A stretch of 32,000 nucleotides of DNA, from NCBI GenBank assembly GCA_026387835.1, contig JAPLKZ010000013.1, forward strand, positions 120,001 to 152,000, written 5' to 3'. Positions 25,693 to 32,000 of the stretch are shown here, one piece after another. The position numbers and the translations under genes were made by a program. The DNA is from Candidatus Saganbacteria bacterium (GTDB lineage Bacteria; Margulisbacteria; WOR-1; JAKLHX01). The notes beneath the pieces were generated by a model. It saw only the letters and a program-made list of their open reading frames with translations, ran no database searches and was not told the origin of the DNA. Numbering within the stretch: the first letter of the stretch is position 1; the number at the start of each line of letters is the position of its first letter.

Positions 25693-26391
25693 GTGTTCAA
25701 AAGATTTGAGTCCGCGGCGAAGATCCTTTTTCAGTCAGGGTTAAATGATTCTCACAGCGGCAACATCAGCTCAAAGGAAAGCGACGGCATATTCATCACA
25801 TCAAGGTTCGCGATACCGGCGCTTTTAAAAGAGCAGGATATTATCCTGGTCGACAGCGAAAAAAGCGGCGATAACGATGCTTTAGCTTCGCGGGATCTTC
25901 CTATACACAGGGCGATCTATCAAAGCTCTACGGCTAAAGCGGTAATACACGCGCATCTGCCGAGCGCATTGGCGCTGTCAATAACCGAGAACAAGATACT
26001 GCCGCAGGATACGAAAGGCCAGGCACTATTTCCCCAGGGGCTTTCAATACTTAAACCAAGGCAGGGCGCGGAAAAAGAAGAGCTGATCAGGATGATAATT
26101 CCCGTTCTTGGTCCGGTCCCGGGAGCCGTGGTGATAAAAGGATACGGGGTATTTGCTTACGGCAATTCGATCGAAGAAGCTCTTGAGATAATCACAGCTC
26201 TTGAGATGTCGTCCAAAGTCTGGCTTTCCACAAAACTGATACCGCAAAAAATAAGCCAGGGCCAAAGCATGGGCCATAACCAGGGACAGCGCACGTTCGA
26301 ACACCGCAAAAGGACCGCTATTCCTCCGGGCATCGGAGTTATGGACCGCAGGAGCGGGATAAGCAGCTACCGCCGAGACAAGAACAGATAA
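25693..26391 (+). CDS. Class II aldolase/adducin-family protein (FucA/AraD/MtnB-like fold) with a basic C-terminal tail
   Basis: 232 aa with a GTG start after an AAAGGAG SD. GLNDSHSGNISSK...GIFITS, LPIHRAIYQ, AKAVIHAHLPSALALS and a C-terminal helix (IEEALEIITALEMSSKVW) align by eye to E. coli FucA. The last ~45 aa are Gly/Arg/Gln-rich. Confidence 0.75.
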   Translation: MFKRFESAAKILFQSGLNDSHSGNISSKESDGIFITSRFAIPALLKEQDIILVDSEKSGDNDALASRDLPIHRAIYQSSTAKAVIHAHLPSALALSITENKILPQDTKGQALFPQGLSILKPRQGAEKEELIRMIIPVLGPVPGAVVIKGYGVFAYGNSIEEALEIITALEMSSKVWLSTKLIPQKISQGQSMGHNQGQRTFEHRKRTAIPPGIGVMDRRSGISSYRRDKNR

Positions 26392-26396
26392 AGCCC

Positions 26397-28562
26397 ATGC
26401 AGGACATCACGGAACTTTTAGAAAAAATAAAGTTTTACGCTCCTTCCGCTGATCTTGCGCTTGTCCAGAAAGCCGCGGATTTTTCCTCGAAAGTTCACGA
26501 GGGGCAAAAACGCCTTTCGGGAGACCCTTATATTTCGCATCCCATTGCCGTGGCAAAGATACTTGCCGAGCTGGAGCAGGACTCTACCACGATCGCAGCG
26601 GCCCTCCTTCACGATACCATTGAAGACGCTTCCGTAGACGAGAAGACCCTCACAAGAGAGTTCGGCGGCACAATCACAAAACTGGTCGCGGGAATTACAA
26701 AACTGCGGCAGCTTACGTTCGAGTCAAGGGAACAGCGGCAGGCGGAAAATTTCAGGAAGATGTTCTTCGCGATGGCAGAGGATATCCGAATAATAATCAT
26801 CAAGCTTGCCGACCGGCTGCACAATATGAAGACCCTCGATTTTTTATCCGGCGACAGACAGCTCGACATTGCGGCTGAGACAAGAGAGATCTATGCTCCG
26901 CTTGCGCACAGGCTCGGCATGTGGCGCCTTAAGTGGGAGCTTGAAGACCTTTCATTTTATTATCTTGAACGGGATAAATATGACAGCATCAAGAACCTGG
27001 TCAACCAGAAGAGGGAAGAGCGGGAAAAGTTCGTGAACGAGTTCATCGCTCAGGTGACCCAGGCGGTATTAAAAGTGGAGATCAACGCTTCGATAGCGGG
27101 AAGGTCAAAACATTTTTACAGCATATACAACAAGATCGTGCAGAAGAACGTCGAGTTCGACGACATATACGATCTCATCGCGATACGCGTCATAGTAGAT
27201 TCCGTTAAGGATTGTTACGCGGTGCTTGGCGTCATCCATTCTATATGGAAACCTATCCCCGGCAGGTTCCGTGATTTTATTGCGATCCCTAAATCCAACG
27301 GCTACCAGTCGCTGCACACTACGGTGATGGGTTCCTTCGGAAAACCAGTGGAGATACAGATCAGGACAAAAGAGATGCATAAAGTGGCAGAATACGGCGT
27401 TGCGGCGCACTGGCGGTATAAAGAAGGCGCGACCGACAGTGATTTTGACGCGAAACTCGCGTGGCTTAGGCAAATGCTCGAATACCAGAAAGAGGTGAAG
27501 GACGCAAAGGACTTTCTGGAGAACCTCAAAATAGACCTTTTCATTGACGAAGTCTTTGTATATTCGCCTAAAGGTGATGTGTATGACCTTCCTATAGACG
27601 CGACGCCGGTGGATTTCGCCTATCATGTCCACACCCAGGTCGGCCACAGGTGCGTAGGAGCTAAGGTGAACGGAAAGATCGTGCCGCTTGATCACAGGCT
27701 GAGCAACGGCGATATAGTTGAGATATTAACGAGCAATAAGGATAACCCCAAACTCAACTGGCTCAATTTTGTCAGGACCTCTGGAGGAAAGACAAAGATA
27801 AAACAGTGGTTCAAGAAGCAGAAAAGGGAAGAAAACATTGACAGGGGAAAAGCTTCTTTCGAGGAAGAGTTAAAAAGCATCGGAGTAAACGACCTCTCGG
27901 TGATCACCGACAGCATATTAAAGGATATTTATGAAAAGCATAATGCCGGAACAAAGGAAGACCTTTTTGCTCTTATCGGGAACGGCGAACTTTCCTCCGT
28001 CCAGCTTGCCAGGGAGTGCAGAAAATCGTTAGAAAAGAACAATATCATCGAAACGGCAGAAGAAGAGATCCCCAGGGTAAAAACCGCGCCGCAAAAAGAA
28101 AAAAAGACAAAGCAGGGTATAAATGTCCGCGGCATGGATAATATCCTGATACGGCTCGGGAAATGCTGTTTCCCGCTTCCGGGCGATGAAATAATCGGGT
28201 TCGTCACAAAGGGCCGCGGCATTACCGTCCACAGGCTTGACTGCAGTAACGTTGCCGAGGCAAAAGATATAAATAATAAAGTCGTGGAGGTGGAATGGGA
28301 CAAACTCAGCGAGACCGCATATCCGGTCAATATTGAGATCGAGGCTTTTGACAGGGTAGGAGTATTAAAAGACATATTGTCCCAGATATCCGAGACAAAG
28401 ACCAATATTGAATCGGCCGAGATCAGGACAAAGCGCGGCAGCAGCGCGATACTCAACCTTGTGGTCGACGTAAGGGATACAACGCACCTTAAGATCGTGA
28501 CGGATGCCATACGCAAGATCTCGGACGTGTATGATGTCCATCGTTTTGCCGCGGTAAAATAA
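26397..28562 (+). CDS. relA: Bifunctional (p)ppGpp synthetase/hydrolase, long RSH (Rel/SpoT)
   Basis: 721 aa. HD hydrolase domain (HPIAVAKIL...AALLHDTIEDA), synthetase domain (HFYSIYNKIVQK...DLIAIRVIV...GYQSLHTTV), TGS domain (VYSPKGDVYDLPIDATPVDFAYHVHTQVGHRCVGAKVNGKIVPL) and a C-terminal ACT domain. Confidence 0.95.
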   Translation: MQDITELLEKIKFYAPSADLALVQKAADFSSKVHEGQKRLSGDPYISHPIAVAKILAELEQDSTTIAAALLHDTIEDASVDEKTLTREFGGTITKLVAGITKLRQLTFESREQRQAENFRKMFFAMAEDIRIIIIKLADRLHNMKTLDFLSGDRQLDIAAETREIYAPLAHRLGMWRLKWELEDLSFYYLERDKYDSIKNLVNQKREEREKFVNEFIAQVTQAVLKVEINASIAGRSKHFYSIYNKIVQKNVEFDDIYDLIAIRVIVDSVKDCYAVLGVIHSIWKPIPGRFRDFIAIPKSNGYQSLHTTVMGSFGKPVEIQIRTKEMHKVAEYGVAAHWRYKEGATDSDFDAKLAWLRQMLEYQKEVKDAKDFLENLKIDLFIDEVFVYSPKGDVYDLPIDATPVDFAYHVHTQVGHRCVGAKVNGKIVPLDHRLSNGDIVEILTSNKDNPKLNWLNFVRTSGGKTKIKQWFKKQKREENIDRGKASFEEELKSIGVNDLSVITDSILKDIYEKHNAGTKEDLFALIGNGELSSVQLARECRKSLEKNNIIETAEEEIPRVKTAPQKEKKTKQGINVRGMDNILIRLGKCCFPLPGDEIIGFVTKGRGITVHRLDCSNVAEAKDINNKVVEVEWDKLSETAYPVNIEIEAFDRVGVLKDILSQISETKTNIESAEIRTKRGSSAILNLVVDVRDTTHLKIVTDAIRKISDVYDVHRFAAVK

Positions 28563-28581
28563 GCATTATTCCCCGCTTTTT

Positions 28582-28590
28582 TGATATAAT
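28582..28590 (+). promoter_or_regulatory. Extended -10 element TGATATAAT, 9 nt upstream of the SD-less holB ATG
   Basis: Exact TGnTATAAT, and the same 9-mer as upstream of carB. No SD in caagataat. Lies in the 37-nt gap after rel. Confidence 0.3.
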
Positions 28591-28599
28591 CAAGATAAT

Positions 28600-29367
28600 A
28601 TGCCGTTCAATGATCTTAAGGGGGAAGACCGCGCAAAAAGGATGCTGCTTGGTGCATTCAACAGGCAGCGTATCGCGGGCGCCTACCTTTTTTGCGGCCA
28701 GGACATCGAAAAAATAATGCTCTTTACAAAAGAGTTTGCCAAGCTGTTGAATTGCGGGCAGTCCTGCGGCGGATGCCTGACCTGCAGGAAGATCGAGAAC
28801 TCGGTCCATCCCGACTACATCGTGATAAGACCCGAAGGGAAAAAAGGCATCATAAAGATCGACCGTATCAGAGAGCTGAAAGACAGGATATCAATAGGGC
28901 CTTCCGAAGGAAAGCGGCTTGTTGCGGTCATAGAGGGAGCGGATAATATCGAAGCGGCCGCCGCCAACAGTGCTTTGAAGATACTGGAAGAGCCTCCGGA
29001 AAAAGTGGTCATCATCCTTGTCGTATCGAGGATCGAGAACCTGCCGAAAACGGTCGTTTCGAGGTGCCAGAGGATCATATTTTCAGGTCTTCCGCAGGAA
29101 AGTCCGGAGCATGTCGATATCCCGGAAAGCAGCGAGATACCGGACCTTCTGGATTATTCGGTCTCGATATCTTCCGGTTTCGGCGAAGGGGAAAGAAAGA
29201 ATGTCGAGAATAAACTGGCGGCCCTTTTGATCAAATTCAGGGAGATGAAAAAAATCAAAGAAGCAAAAGCCGTTCTGAACGCCGTCAGGGACATAAAGAG
29301 AATGGCAAACATGAGAATAACGCTTGACAACATGTCTCTTGCTTTCAGAGGAGCGTCCCATGAATAA
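28600..29367 (+). CDS. holB: DNA polymerase III delta' subunit (short form)
   Basis: 255 aa. AGAYLFCG without a GKT P-loop, the zinc module CGQSCGGCLTCRK, ALKILEEPP, and the sensor motif VSRCQRIIF. Confidence 0.85.
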   Translation: MPFNDLKGEDRAKRMLLGAFNRQRIAGAYLFCGQDIEKIMLFTKEFAKLLNCGQSCGGCLTCRKIENSVHPDYIVIRPEGKKGIIKIDRIRELKDRISIGPSEGKRLVAVIEGADNIEAAAANSALKILEEPPEKVVIILVVSRIENLPKTVVSRCQRIIFSGLPQESPEHVDIPESSEIPDLLDYSVSISSGFGEGERKNVENKLAALLIKFREMKKIKEAKAVLNAVRDIKRMANMRITLDNMSLAFRGASHE

Positions 29368-30016
29368 AGGTCTGGGAGTTAAATTCAGGAAGTTCAACAA
29401 TATCTCTCCGCTCAAGGGCTACAAGCAGGAAAGCCTTAAGATCGGCGCGCCTGTGATCGTCGAGACCGATAGGGGCACCGAATACGGATGGATAGTGGTC
29501 ATAAAAGGCGACAAAGGACGCCACGCCGGTACCGATATAAAATTGCGCAAGGTCCTGAGATACGCCGACGAAAAAGATACGGCCAAGGCCGACATGCTTG
29601 CTAAAAAGGAAAAAGAGCTTTTCTGCCAGGCCTGTTCCAGGATCACAACGAACCATATACCGATAAAGCTGCTTAATGCGGAAATAATGTTTGACGAAAG
29701 CAGGATGATACTTTACTATAAAATAACCGACGCGAAAAAGAACTTCCAGACAAAGGATGTTATAAAAGAACTCTCCGGGCTTTTCGGGATGAGGATCGAG
29801 ATGCACATGATAAGCGCGAGGGACGAAGCGAGGATATTCTCGGGTTTCGGCATCTGCGGCCGTTCGCTATGCTGCAGCACTTTTCTTGAGGACTTTCCTC
29901 ATGTGACGGTAAAGATATTGAAAGAGCAGGGAATAGCCATGAACCCGTCAAAAGTCTGCGGTATTTGCGGAAAACTGCTTTGTTGTCTAAAATATGAATA
30001 TGAAGGGAAGGAGTAA
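29360..30016 (+). CDS. ricT: PSP1-domain protein, RicT/YaaT family
   Basis: The ORF-track ORF opens at 29324. I prefer the ATG at 29360 (MNKGLGVKFRK...), which has an AGAGGAG SD and overlaps the holB stop by 8 nt. PSP1 body plus the Cys cluster GICGRSLCCSTFL...VCGICGKLLCCLKYE. The holB-yaaT adjacency is the same as in B. subtilis. Confidence 0.85.
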   Translation: MNKGLGVKFRKFNNISPLKGYKQESLKIGAPVIVETDRGTEYGWIVVIKGDKGRHAGTDIKLRKVLRYADEKDTAKADMLAKKEKELFCQACSRITTNHIPIKLLNAEIMFDESRMILYYKITDAKKNFQTKDVIKELSGLFGMRIEMHMISARDEARIFSGFGICGRSLCCSTFLEDFPHVTVKILKEQGIAMNPSKVCGICGKLLCCLKYEYEGKE

Positions 30017-30026
30017 GGATCCCGTC

Positions 30027-30365
30027 ATGACCGAATGTGTTTTTTGCAAAATTGCCGGAGGGAAGATAAAATCTGATATCATATATCAGGATGATGATGT
30101 CGTTGCTTTTAACGATATGGATCCCCAGGCGCCGGTTCATATTCTTTTGGTACCTAAAGAGCATATTGAAAGGATCGAAAAGGTAAAGGATCATTCAGTA
30201 GTCCAAAAGATATTTAAGGCGGCAAATAAGATAGTCAGGGAAAAGGGCCTTGAAAAAGACGGGTTCAGGATCGTGGTAAATTCAGGGCGTCACGGGGGGC
30301 AGGCGGTATTTCACCTGCACTTCCATCTTTTAGGGGGCAGGCAGATGACCTGGCCTCCCGGATAG
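30027..30365 (+). CDS. HIT-family (histidine triad) nucleotide hydrolase, HinT-like
   Basis: The ORF opens at 29994. I prefer the ATG at 30027 (MTECVFCKIAGGKI...), which follows a GGGAAGGAG SD. Histidine triad HLHFHLLGG near the C-terminus. Confidence 0.9.
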   Translation: MTECVFCKIAGGKIKSDIIYQDDDVVAFNDMDPQAPVHILLVPKEHIERIEKVKDHSVVQKIFKAANKIVREKGLEKDGFRIVVNSGRHGGQAVFHLHFHLLGGRQMTWPPG

Positions 30366-30375
30366 CGGGGTTTTT
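30356..30375 (+). terminator. Weak intrinsic-terminator-like hairpin (TCCCG-gatag-CGGGG) followed by TTTTT, overlapping the HIT stop codon
   Basis: 5-bp stem (4 GC pairs plus 1 GU) with a 5-nt loop, then five T. Marginal stability. Confidence 0.2.
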
Positions 30376-30409
30376 AGTTTAAGATTTATTTTGAGAAGGG
30401 GGGATTAAA

Positions 30410-30610
30410 TTGGCCAAGATCGAGATAAGAAAAGAAGAATCGATCGACAAGGCTCTCAGGAAATTCAAAAGCAAGATAAGAAAAGAAGGCATACTCGAAG
30501 AGATGAAGAGAAGGGAATTCTACGAGAAACCGTCCCAAAGAAGAAGACGCGAAAAAGCCCAGGCCGTAAAGCGCGAAAGAAGAAGACAAAGAGAATCAGA
30601 TCTTCAATGA
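30410..30610 (+). CDS. rpsU: 30S ribosomal protein S21
   Basis: 66 aa with a TTG start 8 nt after an AAGGGGGG SD. IEIRKEESIDKALRKFKSKIRKEGILEEMKRREFYEKPSQRRRREKAQAVKR is the S21 signature. Confidence 0.9.
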   Translation: MAKIEIRKEESIDKALRKFKSKIRKEGILEEMKRREFYEKPSQRRRREKAQAVKRERRRQRESDLQ

Positions 30611-31680
30611 AAATCGTCGACCGTTATTTGATAAGCGAGCTTGGGATCCCGTTCCTTATCGGGATAATAGGTTTTGTCCTGATAATGACCACAGACCTTC
30701 TGTTCACGTTCGTCGACATGATAATAAACAAGGGGGTCCCAGCGTGGGCGATCATCCGGCTGATCCTGTATAAACTTCCGTCCATAATGGTCCTGACTTT
30801 TCCCGTCTCCTTCCTTTTTGCCGCAGCGATCGTCCTCGGCCGCATGGCAAGAGAGAGCGAGCTCGCCGCGATGAGGACATCCGGCGTGAGTTTTTTCAGG
30901 ATCGCAGCTCCGATACTCGCGGTATCGCTCGCGGTGAGCGCCGCGGCTTTCGTGACGAACGAGGCGGTAGTCCCGGTCGCGAACCGCATTTCAGACCGCA
31001 TAATAAGGGAGATAGTATACAAACAGCCTCCGGCTGACGTTAAGGAGCAGGTATTCTTCAGGGATAACTTCAACAGGTTCATTTATGTCAGGAGATTTTA
31101 TCCCAGGACGTCTACCATGGATGACGTGATGATATATGACATGTCGGGCGGAAAATTTCCGAAAGTCATCACGGCGAAGACCGGATCGATAACTCCTGAC
31201 AGGTGGTTCTTGAAGGACGGCGCGATCCACAGCTATGATGACACGGGTAAAATAAATTACGCGGCCGGGTTTTCAGATATGGACATCACGGTAAAGGATG
31301 ACTTCATGAATTTTTCGGACCAGAAGACCTCGGACGAGATGAGCAGCGGGGAGCTGTTCGGCACGATAAAGACCCTGAAGCAGGCGGGAGTGAACACCAC
31401 GATGCTTGCGACGGATTTCCAGATGAAGTTTTCCATCCCGATGACGACACTAGTATTCGCGATGCTTTCTATCCCGCTCAGCATTCCCGCCCAGAGAGCA
31501 GGTAAGTCCTGGGGTTTTGCGCTCTCGATAATAGTCATTTTCACTTTTTACGTTTTCGCTTCGGTTTTCAGGTCTATGGGCAGGGGAGGCATGGTGTCCC
31601 CTATGATAGCTGCATGGCTTCCTCCTGTTTTAGTGTCTTTGATAGGCGGATCGCTTATTTTACGGGAAGGATCGAAATGA
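30607..31680 (+). CDS. LptF/LptG-family (YjgP/YjgQ) LPS export permease
   Basis: 357 aa. MKIVDRYLISELGIPFLIGIIGFVLIM N-terminus, three N-terminal TM helices, a periplasmic beta-jellyroll-sized middle, and three C-terminal TM helices. Overlaps rpsU by 4 nt. Confidence 0.85.
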   Translation: MKIVDRYLISELGIPFLIGIIGFVLIMTTDLLFTFVDMIINKGVPAWAIIRLILYKLPSIMVLTFPVSFLFAAAIVLGRMARESELAAMRTSGVSFFRIAAPILAVSLAVSAAAFVTNEAVVPVANRISDRIIREIVYKQPPADVKEQVFFRDNFNRFIYVRRFYPRTSTMDDVMIYDMSGGKFPKVITAKTGSITPDRWFLKDGAIHSYDDTGKINYAAGFSDMDITVKDDFMNFSDQKTSDEMSSGELFGTIKTLKQAGVNTTMLATDFQMKFSIPMTTLVFAMLSIPLSIPAQRAGKSWGFALSIIVIFTFYVFASVFRSMGRGGMVSPMIAAWLPPVLVSLIGGSLILREGSK

Positions 31681-32000
31681 CAAAAGATGCCGGTACGGAC
31701 GAACTTAAAAAACGGCTCAGGAAAAATCCCAGGAACGTTCAGACAAACCTGTTGATAGGCAACAGTTATCTTAAAGCGGGTAATTTTAAAGAAGCCGTAA
31801 AACATTACAGGATCTCCTCGATGTTCGATCCGAGGTCATTTTCAAGGGTGATGATCGATTATGAAGAAGCCCTTCAGGATGATATCGGCAATGTGCAGGC
31901 AAGACTGAGCCTTGTCGACTTTCTCCTGTCGCAGGGCAGCCTTGACGCGGCGATAGTGGAACTCGAAGAGCTTGTCGAGATCGCGCCGGAGACGGCACAG
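31677..32000 (+). CDS. TPR-repeat protein, N-terminal 108 codons (continues past the right edge)
   Basis: Absent from the ORF track because it has no stop. ATGA overlap with the lpt permease stop. MTKDAGTDELKKRLRKNPRNVQTNLLIGNSYLKAGNFKEAVKHYRISSMFDP... shows TPR-like A/G/Y spacing. The frame stays open to position 32000. Confidence 0.5.
   Translation, partial: MTKDAGTDELKKRLRKNPRNVQTNLLIGNSYLKAGNFKEAVKHYRISSMFDPRSFSRVMIDYEEALQDDIGNVQARLSLVDFLLSQGSLDAAIVELEELVEIAPETAQ

Noticed and set aside
28563-28581. CCCCGCTTTTTT after rel as a possible intrinsic terminator
   Set aside because: The only complementary partner upstream is a 4-bp GCGG with a ~20-nt loop, which is not a credible hairpin.
1-32000. 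Search for tRNA, rRNA, CRISPR arrays, transposase or IS ends, integrases, toxin-antitoxin pairs or defence genes
   Set aside because: Reading all intergenic gaps found none. The largest gaps are 292..470, 8487..8623 and 10315..10466. No spaced direct repeats, tRNA-like T-arm motifs or mobile-element ORFs were found apart from the partial ORF6N gene. This was a manual scan only, so short or degenerate elements could have been missed.

Overview
Bacterial chromosomal window with about 35 protein-coding genes. All but the first are on the + strand, and they are tightly packed with many 4-14 nt start/stop overlaps. Left part: a partial ORF6N-domain gene (minus strand, missed by the ORF track), carB, a 47-aa Cys4 zinc-ribbon mini-protein, dnaE, hisI and L25/Ctc. 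Centre (8.6-21.4 kb): a flagellar basal-body cluster in the order fliK-like, free-standing FlhB C-terminal-domain paralog, flgF, flgG, flgA, panD, flgH, flgI, flgJ (rod-binding domain only), fliA, flgB, flgC, fliE, fliF, short fliG-like, fliH, fliI. Right part: glyS, an INS-less proS, a PfkB kinase, a class II aldolase-like gene, rel (relA/spoT), holB, ricT/yaaT (PSP1), a HIT gene, rpsU, an LptF/LptG-family permease and a partial TPR gene. I recognised no rRNA, tRNA, CRISPR array or transposase. FlgH, FlgI and FlgA together with an Lpt permease imply a diderm cell with LPS; I cannot place the taxon from sequence alone. I do not see a clear-cut new multi-gene system such as a defence island. 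The observations most worth follow-up are: (1) a 177-aa FliG-like protein in the canonical fliF-fliG-fliH slot that lacks the whole torque-generating C-terminal domain and the EHPQR motif; (2) an intact panD translationally coupled inside the flgA-flgH ring operon; (3) TGATAYAAT extended -10 elements 6-9 nt upstream of SD-less ATG starts, suggesting leaderless mRNAs; (4) a Cys4 mini-protein abutting dnaE; (5) a ProRS whose INS editing domain is replaced by a CxxC-X16-CxxC knuckle; and (6) a fliK-like gene paired with an orphan FlhB C-domain gene.
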